NCBI GenBank assembly: GCA_026914245.1
Contig: CP110440.1
Span: forward strand, 2,914,001 to 2,978,000
Direction of reading: 5' to 3'
Origin: Puccinia triticina
Lineage: Eukaryota
Length of the DNA: 64,000 nt
Within the stretch, counting starts at the first letter, position 1, and each line of letters opens with the position of its first letter. Of this stretch, positions 48,801 to 61,337 are shown one piece after another. The translations under genes and the position numbers were made by a program. A model generated the notes under the pieces. The model was not told the DNA's origin and did no database searches. It saw nothing but the letters and a program-made list of their open reading frames with translations.

Positions 48801-49639
48801 AGGAGCCACCTACATGGGCAGGATCATCCGCTTGCTGTTTACCTTTTGCTGTTTTGGATTGGGTGACGGGAACGTTTACCGGTATTTCTTGATCAAGCTG
48901 GGGAGTCTTCTGCGTCTCCTTGTTTGCTTGATGCCTCTTGCATGACGGTCCCAAGTGTTTTGCCCACAATTCCTTTTCTTCCAGGTATTTAGCCCACACA
49001 CCCTCTTGCTGTTTAGCCAAGGTTTTGTAATGCTTTACGTAGTTTTCCTTCTTGTCACTCGAGCGAGGTTTGATTGCAAATTCGGTCAGTACCTCCTTGA
49101 TCTTTGCAATAGTAAGTTTCTTTGGATCTGTGTGCCATTGTCGCTGTGGGTATTGGGGGGGGGTGGGGGGAGGGGGTCAAAGCGCGACAAGCTGAGGTGT
49201 AGCAGACTGATCAGGGGCAGCAGGCTGAGACGTCGTGGGCTGGGGGGCAGCGAGCGGAGGTGTAGGGGGCAAGGTGGAATCAAGTTGAGGGGAATCTGCC
49301 TGATCTTTGTTTGCAAAGCCTGGCCGGCTACCAATTTCTGGGCAAAAGTTGTGACCATCTTCCTCATCTGATGATTTTGTGATAACAATGTGTCTTCTCG
49401 TTTTTTGGGTTCGATCAGATGGGGTTGCAGAGTTGTGATTTTCCTTATAGACCTCCTTTAAACGCTTGCGTCTCCGATGCAAGTCCTCTTCACCTGGTAT
49501 GTAAGATGGCACAAGGGGGTTAGGATGGTGAAAGATTCTTCAAAAAAGTATACAATTTGTGAAACTCACACGGGCTTTCTGTTGACGCTGTTGGCGGGTG
49601 CTTGCCCAGATGTGAAGAAGGAATTCCAATGTCGCAACT

Positions 49640-50850
49640 AGGCAATACCTGCAGCAGTGGGTCCGGTAAGTTCTGATTGGCAATGTTACAGTCCGCTTGG
49701 TGGTGATCAGCGGGCTTGTTTGCAGCTTCCAAGCTGGCAGGCAGCTCCTGGAAAGCATCACCGCTAGGAGCCACACTTGGCGGCAGCGGCGGTGGGTCCA
49801 GTAAGCTCTGATCTCCCGTGTTGTAGTCCAGTTGGTGTTGAGCGGGCTTGTTGACAGCCTCTGGTCCGGCAGGCAGCTGCTGGAAAGCATTGCTCCTCAG
49901 AGTGGCACTCGGCGGCAGCGGCGGTGGATCCGCTAAGCTCTGATTGGCTGTCTTATGGTCCGGTTGGTGTTGAGCGGGCTTGTTGACAGCCTCTGGGCCG
50001 GCAGGCAGCTGCTGGGAAGCAACGCCCCTGGGAGTGGCACTCGGCGGCAGCGGCGGTGGGTCCGCTAAGCTCTGATTGGCCGTGTTGTAGTCCGGTGGGT
50101 GTCGAGCGGGCTTGTTGACAGCCTCTGGGCCGGCAGGCAGCTGCTGGGAAGCATTGCCCCTTGGAGTGGCACTCAGCGGCAGCGGCGGTGGGTCTGCTAA
50201 GCTCTGATTGGCCGTGTTGTAGTCCGGTGGGTGTTGAGCGGGCTTGTTGAAAGCCTCTGGGCCGGCAGGCAGCTGCTGGGAAGCATTGCCCCTTGGAGTG
50301 GCACTGGGCGGCAGCAAGGGTGGGTCCTGTAAGCTTTGGTTGGCCGTGTTATGGTCCTGTTGGTGTTGAGCGGATTTGTTTGCAGTTTCTAAGCTGGCAG
50401 GCAGCTGTGGGGAAGCATCACCGCTAGGTGTGACACTCTTGTAGTCCAGTGGGTGTCAAGCGGGCTTGTTGACAGCCTCTGGGCTGGCAGGCAGCTGCTG
50501 GGAAGCATTGCCCCTTGGAGTGGCACTTGGCGGCAGCGGCGGTGGGTCCGCTAAGCTCTGATCGGCCGTGTTTTAGTCTGGTGGGTGTTGAGCGGGCTTG
50601 TTGACAGCCTCTGGGCCGGCAGGCAGCTGCTGGGAAGCATTGCCCCTTGGAGTGGCACTCGGCGGAAGCGAGGGTGGGTCCTGTAAGCTCAGGTTGGCCG
50701 TGTTATGGTCCCATTGGTGTCAAGAGGACTTTTTTGCAGTTTCTAAGCTGGCAGGCAGCTGCGGGGAAGCATCACCGCTAGGTGTGACACTCGGCAGCAG
50801 CCGCGGTGGGTCCGGTAAGCTCTGGCTGGCGGCGTTATGGTGTGGTTGGT
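49640..50850 (-). repeat. Coding minisatellite, 132-bp (44-aa) unit
   Basis: Anchors at 49779, 49911 and 50043. Unit LPPSATPRGNASQQLPAGPEAVNKPAQHPPDYNTANQSLADPPP. About 9 copies, one deleted internally near 50440. Confidence 0.95.
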
Positions 50851-51010
50851 GGTGAAAAAGCTTGCTTGCAATGGTATTCAAGCTGCCTGACCGTGGGTTT
50901 GAGGCCATAGCAGCTTCAAAGGTTGGAGGATCTGTTGACCCGTGTAATAGTAGTTGAGGACTGTCAAAGCTCTCCGGCATCAAGCCTGCAAGGTCCCTGT
51001 GAATAGCAGT

Positions 51011-51923
51011 CACTGCAAGAAAAACTCTAGAAACTGCTTGCAGTTGAGATGCAAGAGCTCAAGGCAAGCTGTGCTTCATGCAAGAATCAAGCACTGGTTG
51101 ATCCCATGCACATTGTCTAATTTATGCAAGAGTGAGTCTAAGGTACAAAAAACTAAGTACAGGAGTTGATACCTGTGCAAATTCCCCTTTCATGTGTACA
51201 TACCCCTTTCATGTGTACATACCCCTTTCATGTGCATATATTCCTTTGTATGCATTCACCCCTTTCATAATGTGTACATAGCCCTTTATGTGCACATACC
51301 CCTTTCATGTGTGTATATCCCTTTCATGTGCATTTATCCCTTTCAAAATGTTTACATACCCCTTTCATCATGTGTTCATGACCCTTTCATGTTTACATGT
51401 CTCCTTTGAGTTTTTTAGATCCCTTTTAATACCCCTTTTATGATTCAGGCTTACATACCCTTTTGATGTTTACATATCCCTTTCATGTGCAAATACCTCT
51501 TCTGCACAAACCCCTTTCATGCATAAATACCCCTTTCATGCATACATACTCCTTTCATCATGTGTACATATCCCTTTTATGTGTTAATACACCTCCTCAC
51601 ATTCCCCTCTCATGCGTACATATTTCTTTCATCTGTACATATCCCTTTCATGTGTACATACCCTTTTTATGTTATTCTGGCTGGATTCAATGGTACATGG
51701 AGTGTTTAATGAAAGAAAATAAAAGGGTGCTCAGGGGGATGCTCATTTGCCTCAGCCTACTGCATGAGAACTACAGCATGTTCAACATTGAGATGCTGAA
51801 CAAGGTGCACACTCAAGGTGCACCAGCACAGAATTTGGGTGCTTGACTCCAGCTTGAGCTGAAGCTTAATTGAAGCTTTCTGCATCTCAACTGCAAGCAG
51901 TTTCTAGAGTTTTTCTTGCAGTG
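51011..51923. mobile_element. Non-autonomous CACTA-type element (CACTG ends, 913 bp)
   Basis: Perfect 43-bp TIR CACTGCAAGAAAAACTCTAG..., 3-bp TSD AGT/AGC, and an internal degenerate ~21-bp minisatellite CCCCTTTCATGTGTACATA (51183-51670). Confidence 0.95.
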
Positions 51924-53027
51924 AGCAGGAACCCTTGAGGACAATTGGTCTTCCGTTACTTCTACTGAAGCAAAGCTGTCTAAGTCAATCAGCAGATCCG
52001 GAGCTTGTATTTCTTCCTGGTTGTACTCGAATGACGGTAATTCCTGGTTGAAGGGAATAGGATTGAGAGAGGTGCTGACCGGGGTTGGGCACTTGATGGG
52101 ATGGTAGTTAAGTACTGATGGGAGCAACTGCGGCACACTTGTCTGTTTGTTGGATAGGCCATTCACTGGAATCAAAGTATCCTCTGAACTGCTTCCCCAT
52201 TGTTCTCCATGAGCAGGTTGGATCTTTGATCTAGAACTCGCCAGATCAGCTGGTTCCAAAGCAGTTTCTTGAAAGGGGGATCGTGCAGCTGGAGAGCCAA
52301 AGTCATAGGATTGTGTACTATGACCCTGAGCAGGTACCTGAGTGGAATTGGGGCATGGGTCAACACCCCCATTGTGATCTTTTGTACTAGGGGAGTTGGG
52401 GTGAATGCTTGAATTGTTGTATTGCAACAACGCAAGCGGTTGAGGCACCTCTGCAGAATTGGAAAGATTTATCAAGTCAACGCTGAGGCACGCTCAATTG
52501 CTGTTTCTACCATTATACGCTGTCTCAGGAAGTACAGAATCGTGAGCAACATGGCCCAAAGACACTTCACTATCATTTGCCCCATTATCCATAGTCCCGG
52601 GGCTTGTGTGATCCTGAACCTCTCCAGAATTAAGCTTACCAAGCGTGGCCAAATGCCGCTCAACAATCCACACGGGTCGCCGGCGGATAGGGTCCAACAT
52701 TGGTGTTGGATAGCTGCGTGGGCGTTTCAAAGGATAAGCAGGGTCCTGTATGTGGATTTCAACATCCATTGTCAGTCAATTTTGGCAAGGAATGAATCAA
52801 GTTACCACTTACCAGCTGAGGGGTTTCTGAGGATATATGTGACTGAGGAAAATTGGCTAACTCATCCTCATGAGGAAGGCTAGATTCAACTTGGGGCCTT
52901 GAAAAGGGATTTGGCTGAGGCAAACCATTTGAAGCATCTTCAAGCTGGACTCAGCCCGTTGCTTTGATGAAGTGGGCTTGCTGTGTGATTCAGGTTGACC
53001 ATTGGTGGACGCGCCCGACTGCGTGTT

Positions 53028-54274
53028 CACCAGGAAAAAAAAATAGTCACTTGATGGCAAGTGACATGATGCAGCTTTGGTTTCTGCTCCAGAGCTACTC
53101 CAGCGCTGCTCCAAGTCTGCTCCACCAGCACTTGTAGAGCTTGCAGGACTGCACCAGAGCACTCAATGTGGCACAGTCAGCTGATCCTAATTTTTTCCCA
53201 GGAACAGCTGATGCTCATCATAAGCTGAGCAGTAGGCATTGACTGAGCCTGGGCCAAAGCTGAGCATTGGCTGAGCCTGGGCCACAGCTGAGCATTGGAT
53301 ATTCCAAGCCTGATACAAATTCAAGTGTCAGCTGGACCAAGTATATTCCAAATCTGAGCATCAGCTTAGCCAACAATGGTCCAAGCTGAGCATCATCTTG
53401 GAAAAGGCTTGTGCAGAGCTTAGGATCAGCTGGGACAATAATGTTCCAAAGATTAATACCAGCTGGGCCAAAACTTTTCAAAAGCTGAGCATCAGCTGAG
53501 CCAATGCTGGTACAAAGCTGAGCATTGGCTGAGCCAAGGCTGTTCTGAAGCTGAGTATCAGATGTTTTGAGACTATTCAAAAGATTAATATCACCTGAGC
53601 CAAGGCTGTTCCACAGCTGAGCATCAGCTGAGCCAAGGCTGGTCCACAGCTGAGCATCAGCTGATCCAAGGCTGGTCCACAGCTGAGCATCAGCTGAGCC
53701 AAGGCTGGTCCACAGCTGAGCATCAGCTGAGACAAGGCTGGTCCACAGCTGAGCATTGTCTTAGCCAAGGTTGGTCCACAGCTGAGCATCAGCTGAGCCA
53801 AGGCTGGTCCACAGATGAGCATAAGCTGTTACAGGAGTGGTCAGACTCAGAATCTGAGCATTGGCTGGGCCAAGATTTATCCAAAGCTGAAAATCAGCTG
53901 AGCCAATACTGGTCAAGCTGAGCATTGGCTGGGCCAATGATAGTCCTAGTATGAGTCTAAGATGAGCCATGAGTGGAATAAAGCTGAAACGCAGCTGGGC
54001 CAGGACTGGTTCTGATCTGGGCAACATAGCTGAGCATGAGCTGGGCAACAAAGCTGAGCATAAGCTTGGAGCTAAAGCTGAGTATCAGCTGACCAGAAAT
54101 GGGGATCAGCGGTGCCCAGTGAAAACTGAGGATCTCCTGTGGAAATTCTGAAAGTGGTTAGATGGTGGGTAGATGGTGGGTAGATGATGGGTAGATGGTG
54201 GGTAGATGGTGGGTAGCCCGCTGGAGCTGGCATGATGTCACTTGTCATCAAGTGACTATTTTTTTTTCCTGGTG
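53028..54274. mobile_element. Non-autonomous CACTA-type element (CACCAGG ends, 1247 bp)
   Basis: ~45-bp TIR CACCAGGAAAAAAAAATAGTCACTTGAT..., perfect TSD GTT, internal 33-bp CAGCTGAGC-rich repeats and an 11-bp GGTAGATGGTG array (~54156-54216). Confidence 0.96.
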
Positions 54275-55647
54275 GTTGGTCTCTGAAACCACGGGCAGTA
54301 CAGAATCCGGTAGAGGCAAACCGTTTGCGCTGGATTCAGCCCGTTGCTTGGGGCAAGGGGGGGTGCTTTTGGGTTCTGGTTGGCCAGTGGCACTTGTGCC
54401 GGGCTGTGCGTTGGTCTGCAAGATCATGGGTGATATATGATTGGACCAAGGTAAACCGTTTGAAATAAGGCTAGATTCTGTCCGCTGGTGGATATCTGGT
54501 TGCCCATTGATAATTTTGCCCAGCACTGTGTTGGTCTTTGAGACTACAGGTGGTATAGGATCCGGTTGAGGCAAAACCTCTGGCACATCTGCATGAGGCA
54601 GGCTGGATTCAGCCTGTTGCTTTGGGCAAGAGGGGGCGTTGTGGGATTCCAGTAGGCCATTGGTGCTTGTGCCAGGCTGCGCGTTAGACTTTGAAACTAC
54701 CTCTGCCTGGGGCTCCGTTGGGTGTGTAGGCTGCTTGATTACGCGCTTGCCTCTAGGCGGTGGGTCCGCTGGAGATTCCGCTTGACTACTTGCCAGCTGG
54801 CCTCTACGTGGACGCTTAGTTGTCTGGGCCGGTGGGTTGTCCTGTGCCTGATCAGGCACAAATAATCTTTTTCCGCGGCCTTTGGTAGTGGTGCTTGGAT
54901 TACCACGCAGGGAAAGTGGTCTGTTGTCCTTGTAGATTTGAACCAATTTACTGTGACAAGCTTTTGAATCAAAAGGTATGCCCCGGCTCTTGAGGTGCTT
55001 CTTCAAGCCCAGAACTAATAACTTCTTGGGGTCTTTGTGTAAGATAGATGGATAAAATCAGTCATAAGGATCTGATTTGTGGATGAAGAAAATTCCGGAA
55101 TACTCACCTGGCCATTCCTCTTTCTCTGCTGCAGGCCGTCATGGAGAACAGTTTCCTGGTCAGTTATAAGCAAGCTTTCAGGAAAAACCGTTGAAGGTCT
55201 GGCAAAATACATATGTACAACGCACCATCTGCCGTCACTGACATAATCCTTGCAGAAGCTTGTGTTGATCTATCAGCTACCGTGAAACCAAGAAACCAGT
55301 ATATTATCTATTGTCCGAACCTAATGTCATCTATTGTCTATCAACTTCAACTTATAAATATGTACAGAGTTTGATGTGGAGGTCTTGCTGATGATTTGAA
55401 GTTCCTCAGTGCAGTTGATCTGGTCTACTCCGGTATCCGGTATTATTATATGAGGCCAAAATCTCTCTCTGTGGCTCAACTATCCCGGCATGCCCGGGGG
55501 GGGTCTCTCAGACTCAGTGTATTGCATCCATCAACTCTCAATGTGATTGAATCCTGTTCCAGCTCCGCTCTTCCTACCCCAGCATACACTGACAGCACTT
55601 CATAACCCCTCTAGAACCAGCCAGGCCTTCATATTATTAATTATACA

Positions 55648-58600
55648 ATGACTCCTTCACGCAGTGGGCCATATGACTCTTGACTGGTTGGAATGACCAC
55701 TAGGGACATTGTCAGTTTCCTCAAGCGACTGGACGGCACGATTGATATACCTCAAAAGATCAAGATTGACAAAATCAGAGAGCTGGCCACTTGACGTTTG
55801 CAAGCTGGTGCGCCTTTTACCATGACCTGCTAATTCCGCGTTGCTAATTGCCTGGAATGTACGCCAGTGTCACCCAATCCTGGCAGATTTCCCTATGACC
55901 CCCGTCTCGTTGGCAAGACTATTGCCCAAATAAAGCAAATGCTGTGTAACCTTGAAAACCCGATTGAGGCCCCTTGCAAACTGAAGATTGATGAGCTTAG
56001 GAAATTTGCTACAGAGCAATTGCAGGGTACGTATTTTTTGATCCACTGGTTTGAATCTATAGCTGACCGGACATTAACCGTACTAAAACAATGCCCAGAA
56101 CAAGACTTGGACTATGGCTCTGAGCTGACGGCCATCTCTGATCGCGCCACATCTGACTCTGAGAGTGGATCTAAAGATGAGGACATCAAATCGGCAAAGG
56201 ATACCCGCACTGGTGGTCGCGTCCCGACTTCAAGCCCCCCTGCGCAAGAGCTAACCAGCGGGAGTCCCTTGTGTTACTGTGATGAAACCATCAGTACTCC
56301 AGGTTCAGGCAGTACCTGTGGCCCATGAACGCGCTCCGGTGCGCGTTTCGAGACTCCAGAAAAAGGCGACACCATCAGTACTCCAGTGCCAGGCAGTACC
56401 CGTGGTCCACACACGCGCGCTCCAGTGGGCGTTTCAAGGCTCCAGAAAAAGGTAAATCTGTTGATGTCAGTCCGGCTTCAAACCCAACTCCAACAAAATG
56501 CCCAGCTCCCAAACCGGCAAAGCCCGTAACCCGGCACAAACCGGCTAAGCAACCACCCGGTGAGCCCCAACGGGAAGTGAAAAAATCACCACATTTGTGG
56601 CATCCAGGAATGACGCTCATCTTCTCTACCTCGCAACAGGATGAAGTTCCTGCGGCGTCTTGCTCCATGCCACACCCGCCAGCAACAACCTCAAAGAACG
56701 TTTCCATCATTGATTCACCAGTGGGACGCAGAAAATCTGAACCACTAACCCCGTCCAAGCTTCAAGATCAATCACCGGTTGCATCACCATCCAAGAAATC
56801 CTCCGGCAGAATCAGTCCGATCCTAATTGATATCATATCCAGCAAAATTCCCTCTGACGCAGCGCATCTTGCGATAAAACCCAACCTCTTCCAATCTGAC
56901 AACATGCAGATTTTAACAACCATCAATTTCTCAAAGTCATTGCCGGAAAACACAAATTCCAGTGTGAATGATACTGCCCCGGCCATCTACATGGATGTGC
57001 CGTTGGACGCGGTTAACGTTCCCATTTTGCCCTTGAATGCCAACTGTAGTATGAATCATATTTCCTTGGAAATCTACTTGAATGCGCCGTTGGAAATGTG
57101 TAACATCCACCTTCCGCACTTGATCTTACCAGTGAAAAGCGTATCCCTATTGCCACAGAAGAACAATAGTCTCAAAGTCCAGGACAATCAGCTGTGCAAG
57201 TCTAAGCGCAACAGCACCGTTAGCAAAGCCATTGTGCCCATGGAAGTGGACACTGATTATCACAAGGCCCCCATTGAGGATCCTATTGAAGAACCCGGGC
57301 CGCGCACCATCGACGATATCTTCCAATGGCTTGACAAGAATATTGAAGCGGCAAAGTTGCGACTTCAGTTGCCCCCCCCGCCATTTGTGCCTCTGACAAG
57401 CATCACGTCACTCCAACAACAACCAGAGAGTCAACTCCCACCAGCGTCCCCAACAACCCACTTCAGATCCGCTAATTTTGAATTTTGGGATGACACGTAC
57501 ACTTGGCCGGTTGATTTTAAGCAAGTTTAGTGCCTATCCGGCTTCTGTGTGGCATCTTTCACTAAGCTGACTATCAGTCTTCCTGAACGTAGTCAGGTGC
57601 TCTATGCCAGAGAAAACTGAAGCTTTCAAAACTGGCAAGCCCAGCGTCTGGGACAGACCTTCCACCAAGGGTGAGGAGAACACCCCAGCCCTTGAGACCG
57701 CCCCTGCCGCTTCTCAGCTCCCACAAGCTGGCTCAAAGCTCCCAAGCGTTGACGAGGAGCAAGACTTGTCTTCCCCGCCACTCCCAAAGGCAGAGGACAA
57801 CCCCTCAGCCCCTCCTCAGCTTCCAGGGGCTGTCTCAGAGCTCCAAACCATCAACAAGGAGGAAGCCTTGCCTTCCCCACCATTCCCAAAGGCCAACAAC
57901 GGCGCTCCAGCCCTCCCTCAGCTTCCAGGGACTGTCTTGGAGCTCCCAACCACCGTCAAAGTGCACGCCCCGTCTTCCCCGCCACTCCTGAAGGTCGAGG
58001 ACGACACCTCAGCCTTCCCTCAGCTTCCAGGGGCTGTCTCACAGCTCCTAACCGCCGTTGAACAGCACACCCTGTCTTCCCTGCCACTCCCAAAGGCCAA
58101 GGACGGCGCCCCACCCCCTCCTCAGCTTCCAGGGGCTGTCTCGGAGCTCCCAACCACCGCCAAAGAGCACGCCCCGTCTGCCCCGCCACTCCTGAAGGTC
58201 AAGGATGACGCCCCAGCCCTCCCTCAGCTTCCAGGGACTGTCTCGGAGCTCCCAACCGCCGTCAAACAGCACCCCCCGTCTTCCCCGCCACTCCCAAAGG
58301 CCGAGGACAACACCCCAGCCCTCCCTCAGCTTCCAGGGGCTGTCTCGGAGCTCCTAACCGCTGTCGAACAGCACGTCCCGTCTTCCCTGCCACTCCTGAA
58401 GGCCAAGGACAACGCCCCAGCCCCCACCGCCAAAGAGCACGCCCCGTCTTCCCTGCCACTCCTGAAGGTCAAGGACAACACCCCAGCCCTCCCTCAGCTT
58501 CTAGGGGCCATCTCGGAGGTCCTAACCGCTGTCAAACAGCACGCCCTGTCTTCCCCGCCACTCCCAAAGGCCGAGGACGATACCTCAGCCCTCCTTCAGC

Positions 58601-59500
58601 TTCCAGCGACTGTCTTGGAGCTCCCCACCACTGTCAAAGAGCACGTCCCGTCTTCCCCGCCACTCCCAAAGGCCGAGGACAACGCCCCAGCCCCTCCTCA
58701 GCTCCCTGAAGCTGCCTCAGTGCTCCCAACCGCCAACAAGGGGGACACCCCCTCCTCCCTGCCGCTCTCAAAGGCCAAGGACAACCCCCCAGCCCTTCCT
58801 CAGCTTCTGGGGGCTGTTCCAGAGCTCCCAACCGTTGACAAGGAGGAAGCCTTGTCTTCCCCGCCATTCCCGAAGGCCGACAACGGCGCTCCTGCCCTCC
58901 CTCAGCTTCCAGGGGCCGTCTTGGAGCTCTCAACCGCCGTTGAAGAGCACACCCTGTCTTCCCCGCCACTCCCAAAGGTTGAGGACAACCCCCCAGCCCT
59001 TCCTCAGCTTCCAGGGGCTGTCTCGGAACTCCCAGCCATTGTTGAGGAGGACAACCCGTCTTCCCACCACTCCCAAAGGCCAAGGACAACACCCCAGACA
59101 CTTTGACCGCCCTGGCTCTTCCTCAGCTCACAGAAGCTTCATTGGAGCTGCTAATCGCTGCTGAGCAGGACGTTTACTTTTCCCTGTCACTCCCAAGGGC
59201 TGAGGACGACACCTCAGGCTCAGACTCTACAACTGCCCTGGCAGCAAACCTTCATTTTGAGCCTTGTCTATCACCTTCTACCATAGTAATGGAATCAGCT
59301 GGTAAGCAAATTGAGATACACAACTCCCCCCAGAGCTCTGGTTCCTCAGCTGACAAATCCACATGGTCCCCATTCCTCCCCCCCTCCCCTCTCCATCCTT
59401 GCATACCCAGATCTGCACGATTTACAAGCTTCCGCATCTCACGCCGACTTCCAAGGATACCAAACGTTGTCTGAAGCGAGTTATGAATCAGCTGATGCAG
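55648..59500 (+). pseudogene. Divergent multi-exon accessory gene: two N-terminal HeH-like repeats, Pro-rich body, tandem repeats
   Basis: Duplicated module PYDS*LVGMTTRDIVSFLKRL...PQKIKIDKIRELAT / PYDPRLVGKTIAQIKQMLCNL...PCKLKIDELRKFAT, each followed by a GT-AG intron. ORFs 56325-57530 and 57604-59106. In-frame TGA stops in exon 1. Confidence 0.6.
57680..59220 (+). repeat. Coding minisatellite, 102-bp (34-aa) unit
   Basis: CAGCTTCCAGGG anchors at 57817, 57919, 58021, 58123, 58225 and 58327. Unit PALPQLPGAVSELPTAVKQHPPSSPPLPKAEDNT, ~14 copies. Confidence 0.95.
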
Positions 59501-59771
59501 GTGATTCATTTGGCGACAACGTAAGTAGTAATGGTCTTTGGTTTACAGACCATCCATCCCTGAAACGTACCACCCCCTTGGCAATAGTCCTTCAATCTGA
59601 GCCCTACACACCTCTCCAGCATTCCTTGCAAGCCTGTCTAACTCACTCGCAGATGACAGGGAGGATGAGATCCTCTAAATCCAACGGAAGCATGTGTTTT
59701 TTTATTTTTCTTTCCCTTTGTCACTGCTGTTCTGTACTGTTACAACTGAAAATGAAATGAAGTCTCCAGAC

Positions 59772-59858
59772 GTGCTGGGTGAGCATGAGAAAGTGGCAAT
59801 GATTGTGAGACAGTAAATGAGAGAGGGATCCCGGATCTGGAAAATGACCAGATATTCC
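59772..59858 (-). repeat. Right arm of long-range inverted repeat
   Basis: Reverse complement of 40557-40643. Confidence 0.93.
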
Positions 59859-59859
59859 C

Positions 59860-61337
59860 AAGTTTCAAGCAAGATACATGGCAAAAGGGTTCAACCAGAT
59901 ACTGGGAAAGGACTGGAAAAAACTTACGCTCCAACCGCCTCCCTGAATACACTGAGACTCTTGATATCAATTGCTAGGAAGAATGGCTACCCAACGGCAT
60001 CTTTTGACATCAGCAGCGCCTACCTCTACAGTCCCATGGAGGAGGAGGTGCATGTCCAACCGCCGGTGGAGCTTTTCCTGCAGTGGAAAGGTAAAGTCAT
60101 GAGGCTCAAGAAGGCCATGTATGGTACCAAGCAGGCTGCGCACTTCTGGTGGCTATTCTTCAAGGGACAGATGGAGAAGATTGGATTTGTGGCGAACAAG
60201 CTAGAACCTTCTCTCTTCATCTGCTGGAAGGGTGCAAGCTTTGTAGTGATCTGGCTACATGTGGATGACAGTTTTGCAATGGCTTCTTCAAACTTGGTCT
60301 TAGAAGAACCAGTGTGGCAATGTCAACAGAGATGGAAGTGAAATGGACAAATAAAGTCAAAAAAATTGTAGGAATCAATGTGAATGAAGTCAATCTTCCC
60401 AAGGCGTAGCACTCTGTAGCAATTAATGACGGGGAATCAATGGCGTAGCACTCTGTAGCAATTAATGACGGGGAATCAATCAAGATGACAGAATACCGCT
60501 CTACGCTTGGTTCACTGATGTACTTATGCTTGGGGACAGGGCCTGATCTGTCTTACTCAGTCAACCTGCTAGCGCAGTACAGCTCAAACCCTTTGGAAAA
60601 ACACTGGCTGGCCCTTGACATCCTTATAGGCTGTCTCCAAAGGACAAGACATCACACGCTGGATTTCAACAACGGAGGGAGCTCATTGCAACTCTGCTCT
60701 GATGCAAACTGGGGTGGGGAGCACAAGCAGTCCACCTCAGGTTACATTGTCAAACACAATGGCAACTAAATTGCTTGGGGAGCAAAACACCAGACTGTGG
60801 TTGTGCTGTCAACTTGCGCTGCTGAATATATTGCGTTATCAGACGGATCTCAACAACTAGCTCAGATCAATAACCTATTAATAAACATGAACCACACTCT
60901 GCCAATGGGGATCTATTGCAACAATGAGGCAGCCATTTTAATTTCTGGGGATAATGCGTCTAAGAAGAAGACCAAGTACTTGTCCAGAGATTTTTACTTC
61001 ATCAAAGACTTCATAAGACAGTATGGCATCAAGATAAATTGGACCAGTACTCATAATCAAGTGGCCAACATTTTCACAAAACAACTGGGAACTAATCTTA
61101 TTGAAAAGGCAGTTCAGAAGCTTAACCTCAACAACCAAATCCGGGCAAAAGTCACAAACAAGGAAGGGAGTGTTAGAGTACAGTAGTGACTCATCTGTCA
61201 TTCCCCCATCTTGAGCCTGTGATTAGTCGGCATTGTATGCACCACAGCATGTTGTATATAGTCTAGCTTACCTCACATAAGATTCCGGCTTCTCTTCCTT
61301 ACCAATTGGAGAGACCGGAACCGGTGTGGAACTACTC
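59860..61337 (+). mobile_element. Ty1/Copia 3' remnant (RT, RNase H, PPT, partial LTR)
   Basis: KFQARYMAKGFNQ, TYAPTAS, FDISSAYL, LKKAMYGTKQA, WLHVDD, SDANWG, STCAAEY, VANIFTK. PPT AAGGAAGGGAG (61160-61170), then TGTTAG at 61171. Confidence 0.93.

Larger units (their letters stand above)
47038..55065 (-). pseudogene. Large multi-exon accessory gene: N-terminal HeH/LEM-like motif, low-complexity repeats, globular-looking C-terminal region
   Basis: DPKKLLVLGLKKHLKSRGIPFDSKACHSKLVQIY near the start. Reading frame is restored across both nested CACTA-type insertions (ETN/TQSG; VPA/AIHRD). GT-AG introns. C-terminus RQHCATLLG...MMRQAGVQSFRPDL...FLWDLA...PHGLPIGTYDQDWL. Confidence 0.65.
40475..59859 (-). 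mobile_element. Candidate giant TIR DNA transposon with CACTA/CMC transposase and two accessory genes
   Basis: An 87-bp inverted repeat (79/87 identical) at 40557-40643 and 59772-59858 brackets the three genes closely. The right copy abuts a truncated Copia RT. No TSD. Confidence 0.7.

Noticed and set aside
51194..51846. Cys/His-rich hydrophobic ORFs
   Set aside because: They are translations of the degenerate 21-bp minisatellite inside the CACTG element.
53218..54151. ORFs with (LMLSCGPALAQ)n repeats
   Set aside because: They are translations of the 33-bp minisatellite inside a TIR/TSD-bounded non-autonomous element.
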